DNA of 64,000 bases, from positions 87,544,001-87,608,000 of the forward strand of contig OX597821.1 of NCBI GenBank assembly GCA_951406725.2, read 5' to 3'. The first letter of the stretch is position 1. Each line of letters begins with the position of its first letter. Under the pieces are notes generated by a model. The model ran no database searches. It saw nothing but the letters and a program-made list of their open reading frames with translations, and had not been told where the DNA came from. A program made the translations under genes and the position numbers. The DNA is from Octopus vulgaris (taxonomy: Eukaryota). Below are positions 52,048-64,000 of the stretch, piece by piece.

Positions 52048-54908
52048 GTCTGCTTAGGTAGTCGTTGCTGGTGAGGATTTTGCGAGGTCGGAGTGCAGCT
52101 AAAACCCCCAACCTCGTTTTGTCACATTTTACTGTCAGGCAGGGGAAACGTTGGGTCTATTGCTTGGTATGCCGGTCCCTAGACTGCTCTAGAGCAACGT
52201 GAAATGAAGGGTTTAGCTCGAGAACACATCACGTCACCCTGTCAGGGAATCGAACCCATGATCTGGCGACTGTGAATGCAAGGCATTAATCACTAGGCCA
52301 CGAGTTCAGCTGGTGCTTATTTCATTGACTCCGATTAGATGAAAAGCAAAGACAATCTCGGCGAAATTTGAACTCAAAGTGTGAATATGAACGAAACAGC
52401 GCTAAGCATTTTGTCCAGCGTGCAAACGATCCTGCCAGATTGCTGCTTTCATATTGGCTATAATACTAATAAAATTCTTTTTTAAATTTCGGTAAACGGC
52501 CAGTAGTTCTGAGGGGAGAGGAGGATTCTTCTACTTGACTGGTACTTCTTTTATCTGTCCCGAAAGAAAGAAATGCAAAGTCGACCTCGGAAATTTGAAC
52601 TCAGAAAGTAATGAGTGGGGAGAAATATTGAAGAGCATTTTTTTCCCGACGTTCTATCAATGATGCTAGCTGGTTGCCGTAATGTTGATACTGTACTTTC
52701 CTGCATACAGCTCTATGCAGTATATAATATAAACATGTGAGCTAAACATTTAAGCATCGTTACTAGCTTTCCAAATCCTGCTGTATTTCACATCGAATAC
52801 TTGGTCCTCTAAAGTATGTCCTGGTGTATAAGTCGGCCTAACAATTTTTGACTAAATTTTAGCCTAAAAAATTCGACTTGTTTGACGGAAAATATGGTAA
52901 TAATTTCATTAATAAAATTAAATTAAGCTTGTTTATTAACTCCACCCTCGCGTCAGCGCTCATTTAGTAGACATATATGATCAAAGACCTGCTAGTCGTG
53001 ATTATTCCGTCTCTTCTCTATACACAGCACACATAAGAGCGCATCATCTAGCTTGTCTTCTACTCTATTGTCTTGTTTACTGGTCGAACGAATGACTGTG
53101 TCGTCTTACTGTAATAATTACAGTATACGTAAGTCCATTAGGAGATTCCTGGTTTGATCTTTGTCCAATATCGATTTCTAAGTTTGGCATTGTAATGATT
53201 TTATTCGGCCTTGTTGCATTACTGATACATATTTAATCGACTCACTGAAGAATGAAAGGCGAAGCTCGTCCCTCTGGGATTTAAATTCAGAATGTCAAGG
53301 GAGGCAAACAAAATATTTAATTTAGTAAACTAGCGTTTCTGTGTTTTTGTCGCCATTATAATCTAGTTCTTTTCATTTTCACAAATCTACAAGTTTTAGA
53401 AATGGTGGAATTGTGGTAGAGACACTTGTACAACAACTGGTATTTATTGCGTCATGTCAAAAAGTGGAAAGAGAGCATCAACCCCAGGATTTTAATTGCA
53501 ATATGTAAATGGACTTAAACTAAATGTGATAGAGCACTTTGTATATTGTAAGATAAATATGAAGGTTAGTCGGTCGAAGCAATTGAAATCTCTCAATTAT
53601 TTACAATGTTTTAATATTCTGGCATTAGTCTATACAGTGGATTGAAGCATAATCATCATTAGATATATCCACATTATTTAAGAACTCAGTTTAAGAACAT
53701 TATTTAAGAACAAATTGTTGAAGTACAATACCTTATTACACTGCAGTAAATCTTTGTGGAACGCATTTACGTGCGTATAGAGATTCGGCTAAAACGATAA
53801 TTGAGAGCTACATATTTAGAATAAAATGTAGTAAAACGTAAAATTTCACATAACATTCATAAGTAATTTTACTCTACAGCTATTTCAATCGAGTAAAATA
53901 GAAAAAAAACTTCATCTCTACCACTTCCTTTGCGGCATATATTCAAACAACCCCTGGAGAAATGAGAAGCAGAGACTGTCGCATAATCATCCGTTATAGA
54001 CTCATTAACATCGATCCCAAAAAGGAGCTTCAACAGGATCATTCCACCGTTTTGAAATAGCAGCCAAATTTCATCTCAATAATATCTTGCTATATTAAAA
54101 AAATACATTAGATACAGCCATTCTTCAACTATGAATAAAACAGGACAGACCTAGCTGGAACAGTTTAATCACTGTTTTTCTTTTAGAACCAGGCTGTGCT
54201 TGGGCCAAATCCTTCGAATTCCTTTATACAACTTGTATAAAGTCAATATTTGAGCTATCATCATCTTACACACATCTATTTTGTATTGAATTCTCGAATA
54301 GATTGTCAAAGAATTTTACTTCAAAATATTATCCCTTTGGCACATAAACACTGAAATCTGTTAATTATTGTTGTTGTGATTGTGGTTGTTTTGGTGTTGG
54401 TGATGGCGAGATGTGGTTGTTGCTGATGTTGTTATTATTTAGGCCCAAGATGACTCATACCGAGGCCTACCTTCAAACGTTTTCCAACAAAGTGAACATT
54501 ACATATTCAATGGTTTTCACCGAGTTACGTTACTTGATAAGTTCTATAATCTTTTCAAGACAGTTAGATGTATTTTGAAGGAGATTTTGGTTGCTGTTTC
54601 CAGCATTGCGGGTAGAGACACCCACGTTGACTGCTAAAATCTTTTTTAGTGGATCAGTAATGCGAGCCGAATGTGGTTATTGTCTTACCAAATGACATGA
54701 GTAATCTATGAGAAATAGCTACACACTAGGATCATAATGGCGTCGGCGACACGATCGTTCGACAAAATAACATCACACATCAGCACGTTAAGCAGAGAAG
54801 CTGACATGACATGGCAGTTGTGAAGTGGAAAATTAACTAATATACACGCATACGCACTGACACGCATGCACGCGCACACACAAACACCTATGTACATTTG
54901 TGTGTGTG

Positions 54909-54944
<36 letters not shown>

Positions 54945-55081
54945 GAATTTACAAAAAAAAAAGAAAGGACGAAGACGGGTGTGTAAACAACAAACAGATG
55001 TATTAGCTTATATTATATATATCATATATTATACTATTATTTTATATTATATTATATATTATATTATATTGTATGTATTGC

Positions 55082-55136
<55 letters not shown>

Positions 55137-55435
55137 AAGGTAGAACATAAAAAACCCCCACAAAAATCGGAAACCGTCAAAACAGAACATGCGGGAAAAG
55201 GACGATAGCACGACGACGGCAAACAGGATAAAACAAAATACATTGATCATTCACAGCCAATTGCCTCTTTAGTCGGAGTCTGGAATGTCAACACAGTTTC
55301 GCCCACTTATATATATATATATACATTCACATACATGTGTAAATATACAAGGGCATACACATATGCGTAACCATATACATACATGCATACACACACATAT
55401 ACAGAAACACACACGCACACATGCACACATATATT

Positions 55436-55482
<47 letters not shown>

Positions 55483-56004
55483 GATCGTCTTAGCAGTATT
55501 ATAAATCCTTAGGGAACTCAATGCGTTGTGCTCTATATGGGCAAGTGTTGAGTAGATTTGGTACTCGGAAACTTAAAAACCCGTCGTATAAATATGTATA
55601 CATACAAACACACGCACACACATTTGTGTGTGTATGTTTTTGTGTCATTGTGTCATTGTACCTAGCTATTCGGTAAAAAGGACTGATAGAATAAGTACCA
55701 AGCTGAAAAAATAAACTAGGGTAGACTTATCCGACTAAAGATTCTTCAAGGTGATGCCCCAACACGGCCGCAATCTAATAAGTGAAACAAGTAAATGATA
55801 AATATACACACATAAATACAATTCGTATGTGTGTAGGTCGCACACGTACGTACACATACATAAATACACTCACGTCATTAGGGGTCGTTTACAATGTGTG
55901 ACATCTAGGGTATAAAAGGTTTTACCACAACTCGAGTAGACTCATGACATGTCGATGGAATTGAGTTCTTAAAAACTCCGTAGATGATTGTCAGGTCGAT
56001 TGTA

Positions 56005-56589
56005 CGAGGTGCATTTCAGGAGGTTTTAGAATTGTTTGGAGACATTGTTCTAGATATATTAAAGTGCTCCGCCAACTATTTTTATTCCAGGGTGAAGGGG
56101 ACAGCTGTAAGAGCACTTTGAATACACCCTTCGAAAAGAATGTTTGTCACAGTATATTATACACACCTTGTTACGTTTCCGTCCGGGTAACCAACGACAG
56201 AGATGGGCATCATAACTGCGTCTAGTTCAGAACTTGTTTTCAGAGACTTTTGGTTCTTCACCAGACTGAAGTAAAACCTCGGCGGCAGTCGTTTAGAAGA
56301 CATTAAAAAGATAAAAGGGGCCTTTGACAAGAGTCCTAGACACCTTCACATTGGATAACTTCTATGGAGCCTTCATGAAGTGTCTGTGGCGCTACGACAA
56401 CTGCATTGAAGCCAGACAATCCTACTTTAAAGGAGATTAGAGTTCTGCAATTTTTTGAAATCAACAAACGTCTCTCTCTCTCACTCTCTCTCTCGCTCTC
56501 CTCTTCCCTTTCTCTCTCGCTCTCCTCTTCCCTTTCTCTCTCGCTCTCTCTCCCCTGAAAAAGTCTCAAGATTTCTGGATTGCACCTCA
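56005..56589 (+). mobile_element. Internally deleted mariner transposon
   Basis: TA-flanked imperfect TIRs cgaggtgcatttcagga / tctggattgcacctca. Relic C-terminus S..L...DFWFFTRLK*NLGGSRLEDI...FYGAFMKCLWRYDNCIEARQSYFKGD corresponds to the mariner YSPDLAPxDFxLF...RWxKCI...YFEG region. Confidence 0.8.
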
Positions 56590-56773
56590 TATCTGTAAAT
56601 AAAAGAGCCAATCGTGTCTCATATCGTTTTTTCCTGAAGTGTACTTCCCACTGACACATACTCCAAAGAGTAGATGATTCAATTGAAACCAACGAAATCC
56701 ATGATTTAGTTTTACTTTTACACACAGATTTACAGACACACACACACACACGTATATTTAAACACATACCAGT

Positions 56774-56816
<43 letters not shown>

Positions 56817-56839
56817 TTTTATTGTATCGCATTTGACTT

Positions 56840-56875
<36 letters not shown>

Positions 56876-57042
56876 TATGTATGTTTATTTGTGTGTGTAT
56901 GTATGTATGTATGTATGTATGTATGTATGTATCTATCTATCTATCTATATATATATATATATTTATATATATCTTTATATTTATATATACAGAGAAAGCG
57001 AGAGAATAAAAATGAGATTGTGTGAGAGGGAGATAGGGTGAG

Positions 57043-57094
<52 letters not shown>

Positions 57095-57996
57095 AAAGAA
57101 GAGTCATTGATTGTATATACATATAAATAAATGATTTGCCGAGCAAGATGGCTCCATCTTTCTTTCGGACGTATTCGATTCAACAATTTATACCGTAATT
57201 CAGGTCACATTTACCCAGTACGCGTATCCAATTACAACGGTGATATCTGAAATTGTCCATTGATAGCAACGTATACGATGATGAATTGCCTGTTTTTATT
57301 TCTTTATCCATATTCCGGGGTCATAAATCTGTTAATTCATTTACCTTAATTTCCCGTTTTACATCGCGCCATCTCCCATCTATAATCCCTCTTGGTCATT
57401 TAAACCTAAGCGAGCGATGGATGTAGGTTCTAACGATTATGGTCAATTGGTTGTAGTTATGGTTTTTGTTTTATATCTCGTATCTGGTAACCCATCAACG
57501 GCACCTGTGAGCTGAGTTGACACTAAATATCATGTGTGTTATTTAGAAGTCAGGTGCTCGGTTTCACGTAATCCGTTAAATGTCACCGTCTAAAAGCTAT
57601 TCCAGCAGAGAATTGTCACTCAATTTGTTCGTTCATTCATTCGTTGTCTGAGTTGCCAAGTAGTGATGGAATGTGTGAAATAATAACAAGCCAGCTAAAC
57701 TGCTCGGGGACGGGAACTTAGATTGTCTTCCCTTCCTCCTTTATCACTAATACCTCCCACGCATCACCGTCACCGTCACCACCACCACCACCACCATAAA
57801 CATTCCCTTCCACCTCGCCCTCACTCAAGTGTTTGCCTGACTGATGGATCTAATACAGCTACGTAAATTTATAAATACCCATGACGGGAAATGAAAATAT
57901 TTGATATGTATATTCATACATACATACATACATACATACATACATACATGTGTATGTGTGTGTGTGAGTATATATATATGTATATATATATATATA

Positions 57997-58062
<66 letters not shown>

Positions 58063-58078
58063 CTCACGCACACACATA

Positions 58079-58113
<35 letters not shown>

Positions 58114-58223
58114 ACTACTATCTAAAATAATTATACACACGCACATATATACTCAAACACATTCAATAATATGTACACGTCTGTGCTTGTGTGAGTGAGT
58201 ATGCATGTGTGTGTGCACGTACG

Positions 58224-58275
<52 letters not shown>

Positions 58276-58974
58276 TCTGTACATATACATAATATTATAC
58301 ATGCACACATACATGTGTGTATATACATGAAAGAGAGAGAGAAACGGTGGAGTAGTATTTGAATAAAATCATGAATAAATTTTGCTGGCGCGGTTTGGGG
58401 AAGAAAATATCCATCATTTAAAGGTTTCAATAGGGAGTGGTATGAAATATAACAATCTTTGTAGCATATTAATTTATTCCTTATGCAAATTGGATGGAAT
58501 AGAGGGCGCTTTATATTCCCATTTAGTTTTATATATAGGACCAAGTGTTCCTGTCTTACTCTATGATATATTTCAATGGGGACATTTTCGTTCTGCCGTT
58601 CTATAATAACTGGGGATTTGAAATTGCTTCTCAATTTCAATATATTCTGATCAATATAAAATAGAAAGTAATTGTTGAACAGGGAAGTAAAGATAGGGAT
58701 AAAATAGATACATAGATGTAAGAGAGAGGGAGGTAACGAGTTTCAGTGATGGAGAAATACAATGATAATCACAACGTCAGAAAATAGTTGAGATAGGAGG
58801 GTTAGAATAAATTTAGAGAGAAGTAGGGAGAGAGGTAGATAGAAAAATAGATATATAGACGGATAAATAGATAGACAGATACACAGATAAAGAGATAGAA
58901 AGAAAGAATAAAGAAAGAAAGATAGATTCATAGATAGACAGAAAAATAGATATATAGACAGACAGACAGATAGA

Positions 58975-59008
<34 letters not shown>

Positions 59009-59021
59009 TGGTGATAAAAAA

Positions 59022-59061
<40 letters not shown>

Positions 59062-59071
59062 GTAGGTAGAG

Positions 59072-59178
<107 letters not shown>

Positions 59179-59535
59179 GAGATTGGTAGATAAACGGAGA
59201 GAGAGAGGGGGAGAAGTACAGAATGAGAGAGAGATATACAGAGAGAGAATGTGAGAGTTTTAATGATAGATAAGGAAAGAGAGAAAGAAGATTCACAATG
59301 AGAAAGATAAGAAGAAATAAGTGAAAGAAATATATTGAAAGAGGGAGAAATAGAAAGGGGAGAGAGAGATGAGGAGAGAGAGAGGGAGAGAAGGAGAGTG
59401 AGAGAGAGAAGTGCGACAGTGAAAGTTAGAGGCAAAGAAACCTAGCTTCAGATATCAAAGTCAGAAAGATAGAAACAGTCATGAAGAGGAATTGGACGAT
59501 TCAGATACGACTAAAAAGAAAGAGACAAACGAAGA

Positions 59536-59589
<54 letters not shown>

Positions 59590-60904
59590 TGGAAACGAAA
59601 GGGAGAGAAACAGAGTGAAAGAGATGGAGGTGGACAAAGATGTAATTCATATTATATATTAATATCTGAATGCTGAAACATTCTGGTCATGAAGATCTGT
59701 TATGAGGTATTTCTTAGAAATATATGTCTATAATGACAGATGTTGAATATATTAGTCCCAGATAGAATAGCGCTATGTATCTTTTTTTTCTATTTCTAAA
59801 ATATATTTCTTATTTTTTATAATTTTAGATATCTCCCAACCAAAGTCACATATCTTGCTTGTCTCAAGAAACATTTATCTGTTAAGCATCATTTTGTAAC
59901 AAAAAAAAAAGAAAAAGAAGCAAAAATCAAAACAAAAAAATAAAGACATTAATGAATATACAAAAAAAAATGTATACATATATTGAAAACAAACCAAAAA
60001 GATAAATCCCAAACCTGAGGCATGACCCTCCCTCCGTACTCACTTCTGATGGATTGTGAAACGAGTAATTGATCAAACGGTCAAATATTTAAGATAGTAT
60101 TTTCATAATTCTCTCTTTCTCTTTCACACTATTTCTCACTTTCTTTCCCTCTTTCCCTTTCTCACATTCTGCTTATACACACACACATATACATATATAA
60201 ACACACACATATATATACACACACACACACACACATATGTATATATATATATATACATATATATATACATATATATATATACACATAAATAAATGCATAC
60301 ATATATACATATGAACATATATACTCGCGCACACATACATACACATATACATAAATATACATACATGCACTCATATACACGCACTTATATTTGCGATTTT
60401 TAAAGATATTCATTTTTATTACATGTGTATTGAATCTTCATTTAAGCTATGTATTTCTACCTCCATACAAGACCTATTCCACACACACATAATCATCATC
60501 ATCATCTTCACACATGAAAGAAAATCGGCGCTTCAATGTTTCATGCGTATGCGTTCATTATAACAGTTAAATAGCGTAAACTTGTTTAATGTGTATTATT
60601 GCATCAGTAAGCGCATTGCTTTACGTAATACACATTAAAACATCAAACGATCGCTGAATTTTTTGAAACAGCTGTAAAGAACTATCTTGGAATATAATTT
60701 TGAGTCATTAATTATATCTTTAGTTATGTTTGCATAAAGGTTTTGTAAATAATTTTAATGATGTAGTGCCATATATCCATGTCTCTCATCTTAAGTATTT
60801 TTATTACCCTCTCGAGGTACACTGTACTTTTAGCCAAATCTTGTTTCGCAGAATTATTTTTACCCTAATCAGGAAATAGGAGTTTAAGAGCTTATATATA
60901 TAAA

Positions 60905-61143
60905 CTTGTGATTTCAATTCCTAGACCGAGTGTTCTTGAGCAAAACGCTTCATCTCACGTTGCTCTGCGATCACTGTGACACCTGATTTGTGGTACACAG
61001 TGCACCTGTTCAGACAACGTCGATTGGATGACGAAAGTGACCTTATTTGCGGTACGAACATTTGATCACTATAAAAAAATCAGTTGTGAAGGTCGTTCGG
61101 CAAAAACTGAATGCTCATACGTTGTCTTCGACGGGAGTGTCCA
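60905..61143 (+). mobile_element. SINE family F (E-type core start with another tail), degenerate
   Basis: gatttcaattcctagacc...gttcttgagcaaaacgcttcatctcacgttgctc followed by unrelated 3' sequence. Confidence 0.5.
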
Positions 61144-61158
61144 TTATATATATAAATA

Positions 61159-61376
61159 TAAGGGAATTTTTTAACCACTATGTGGAAACCCTTATGTTAG
61201 GAGAAAATCCTCTATGGTCTTAACCACTAAGAATTGTTCTCCAGAAAATTTAGCACACCAGAAACGTAAGCGAGCAAGACAAATTTTCTGGAGAACAATC
61301 CTTAGTGGTTAAGACCATAGTGGATCTTCTTCTAGCATAAGGGTTTCCACATAGTGATTAAAAGAATTCTCTCTTA
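61159..61376. mobile_element. Fold-back element with ~90-bp arms in a TA-rich context
   Basis: cactatgtggaaacccttatg...atggtcttaaccactaagaattgttctccagaaaattt pairs with aaattttctggagaacaatccttagtggttaagaccat...cataagggtttccacatagtg. Confidence 0.85.
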
Positions 61377-61416
61377 TATTTATGTATGAAATACTATTTA
61401 CTGAATCTCAGATTTT

Positions 61417-62045
61417 TGATCTTTTCCTTTTGATGGACGGAATTTCTAGTTAACTAAACAATTTGAAACTTTGTATACTGGTAGAATGTGTGAAAAGAAA
61501 ACATTACTTTCACTTGGCTTTTTTCAAAAAATTGTAATTTGTAAGTTTAACGTAGTTTAATTCTTCGAATTTTAACCAATGAATTGCCAGCATTTGAGCT
61601 GAAATCATTTGCTGCGTTATCGGATAAACAAACAAGGAGACGCACGCCGCATACACACACACGCACACACATATTAATTACTATATTAATTACTATGTGC
61701 TTGTATATTAATTACTATGTGCTTATATATTAATTACTATGTGCTTGTGCAAATGTATATGCATGTGTTTGTACGTGTGTATGTATCTGAATATATGTGT
61801 GTGTGTGTATGCAGCGTGCTTCTCCTTGTTTGTTTATCCGATAACGCAGCAAATGATTTCAGCTCAAATGCTGGCAATTCATTGGTTAAAATTCGAAGAA
61901 TTAAACTACGTTAAACTAACAAATTACAATTTTCTCAAAAAAAGCCAAGTGAAAATAGTGTTTTCTTTTCACACATTCTACCAGTATACGAAGTTTCAAA
62001 CTGTTTAGTTAACTAGAAATTCCGTCCATCAAAAGGAAAAGATCC
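61417..62045. mobile_element. MITE with ~250-bp TIRs and 8-bp TSD, related to the 33883 element
   Basis: Long near-perfect inverted arms (gatcttttccttttgatggacgg... / ...ccgtccatcaaaaggaaaagatcc), flanked by cagatttt and cagttttt; central 22-bp tandem repeat tattaattactatgtgctt(g/a)ta. Confidence 0.9.
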
Positions 62046-62169
62046 CAGTTTTTTTATATGCTAGACCACTGGTGTTAAAACTGATGTTATCAAATTAATA
62101 TCCAATTTTTCACCCTCATTTTGATTTTAATTTTATATATACATATATATATATATACACACACCTTTT

Positions 62170-63512
62170 GTAATCTGCATCTCCTGCTCTCTCTGTCCTT
62201 CCCCGTACATTATCAAATGGGACACTGATAGGCAGACGGGTTCGCGGAGCACCTCCGAGACACTAGACTTGGAAATGACACCCTAGTCTCGCTCCACTTC
62301 CGCTCTACCGGTCATTCGCTACAACATCTGTCTGTGTTCGGACTGTCTCTGCAGAAGGGCTACCCGGACCCCCGCCTCCACTGTGAACAGGAATTAATTT
62401 TCTCTTTTTGTTCCTTTGCAACCTCATGGGATCAACTCATTTCATCCCTTCATCTGACATCTCTCTTCCTCTGAAACCACCCTCCATAGATTCTCACACA
62501 CATCCCACATCCAACTGCACCACCCACCACCTGTACAACTGCATATCGCCTATCTCGGTACCCTTACCACACACACACACACTACTATACAATCATCCAT
62601 ACACACTATTCAACTCATTACTCACTTCACACACCATTACACTCACAACCGCAAATACCTTCTTACTCCACACACACTAGCACCGAACACTTCTTAGCAG
62701 CCACACCACACACCATTATCCACACAATCTTTAACAGCGTCACCACACATACCACTATACAAGCAACCACGCACACTGTTTAACTCAGTATAGACGCCGC
62801 ACACCATCATGCACACTCTTACACCCACACAAGCACATTGTACCTGAACATAGACAATATATACACACACACGCAACACGCATAAACGCACACAACACTT
62901 ATAAATACACGCAACGCACATAAATACACGTAACACACAAAGATACCTTTCGCCCACAAACATACACTATACACATGCACACAGTCACGCACACATACAC
63001 ACAGATACACAAACACACACACATGTACACATGGCGCCTGAATACATCAACTGTTACACACACAACACACGCACACACACATACACACTTTAGACTCACT
63101 CGCCCCATTCACACGCACACACATACACACACGTTAGACTCATTCACCCCCATTCACACATACGCACTCACGAACACTATTCTCACACACATACATACAC
63201 TTGCGCATCTTCGTTCGTTGGAGTCACCATTACCTTTACCGTTATTATTATTATTCATAGTAGTAGTATTAGTATTATTATCTCCCTTTCATTCAACCTC
63301 TTTTTTTCCAGTCATTTCGCCATGTTGGACCGTTGAACTTCGCATATTTTTCTCTCTCCGTTTTTATTTTTCATTCTCTCCACATTTCGTCCCTCTTAAT
63401 CATTTTTGTCGAAGAGCGTAGGATCGAAATGTAAAAGGTTTTCCCAGTTCTCCCGAGTGTTAGATTCATGTACCTGCTTGTTGTTCCTATACCTGTCTCC
63501 GTCTTTTATAAA
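62170..63512 (+). mobile_element. 3' part of a Penelope-like element: decayed GIY-YIG endonuclease, CA-rich 3' UTR, terminal repeat with a hammerhead-like motif (63403-63437)
   Basis: 62170-62460 translates, with frameshifts, to VICISCSLCPSPYI...ADGFAEHLRD...VSLHFRSTGHS...LSVFGL...EQELIF...QPHGIN, the PLE GIY-YIG signature (VIY-C-C-YIG...RFxEH...VAxHF...H...EQxLIF...PxGxN). Confidence 0.85.
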
Positions 63513-63563
63513 CTGTGTATGTGTGTATATAAATATATATATGTAAATATATACACACGCACA

Positions 63564-63643
<80 letters not shown>

Positions 63644-63820
63644 CATATTTATGGATATATATATATATATATACATACATAAATACAAAGTATGGGTTTT
63701 ATTAAGATGTTTGTCTTGCCTTAACGTTTGTTGTCCTCTAACAATTATACACATGCATACATGCATATACATACATGCATATACATACATATATATGTAT
63801 ATAAATATATACATATATGT

Positions 63821-63881
<61 letters not shown>

Positions 63882-64000
63882 GCATATGTGTGTGTGAAGA
63901 AATATTTTCTGAAAAATTATATATTATTAAAAAGTATTTTGGAAGGGAATGATATGAATCTTTTGGATGAAAGTGTTTGTATTATGTGTGTAAGCGCCTT

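Noticed and set aside
52781-52898. Possible Tc2/pogo-type MITE relic (ctgtatttc...gaaaatatggta)
   Set aside because: Termini are too short and degenerate to be confident.
61672-61750. Short tandem repeats (also 15305-15362, 11610-11657) considered as CRISPR-like arrays
   Set aside because: No unique spacers, eukaryotic context, no cas genes; simple slippage duplications.

Overview
AT-rich, microsatellite-dense, non-genic animal DNA. The repeat content suggests an octopus/cephalopod intron or intergenic region (inference, no search run). I found no recognisable host protein-coding gene; almost all tracked ORFs are microsatellite artefacts. The window is a layered transposon landscape: (i) many tRNA-headed SINEs of several modular families, labelled A, B, B', C, D, E and F here for convenience; (ii) a full-length but decayed Chapaev3 DNA transposon with TIRs and a TAA TSD; (iii) an internally deleted Gypsy LTR element with an LTR and a tRNA-Ser PBS; (iv) RTE and R4/Dong-type LINE fragments; (v) a mariner relic, a non-autonomous Helitron and several MITEs; (vi) multiple Penelope-like element (PLE) remnants. 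Highlights: up to eight minimal type-I hammerhead-ribozyme-like motifs in PLE-like termini with four different cores (G3-C8 swap, U4C, A6U, canonical), some in fold-back arrangements next to (TA)n; a near-complete 5S rRNA with no terminator fused to a SINE 3' tail; a SINE with a double fold-back at its internal (TA)n; and a 16-nt RTE tail flanked by an 86-bp duplication.
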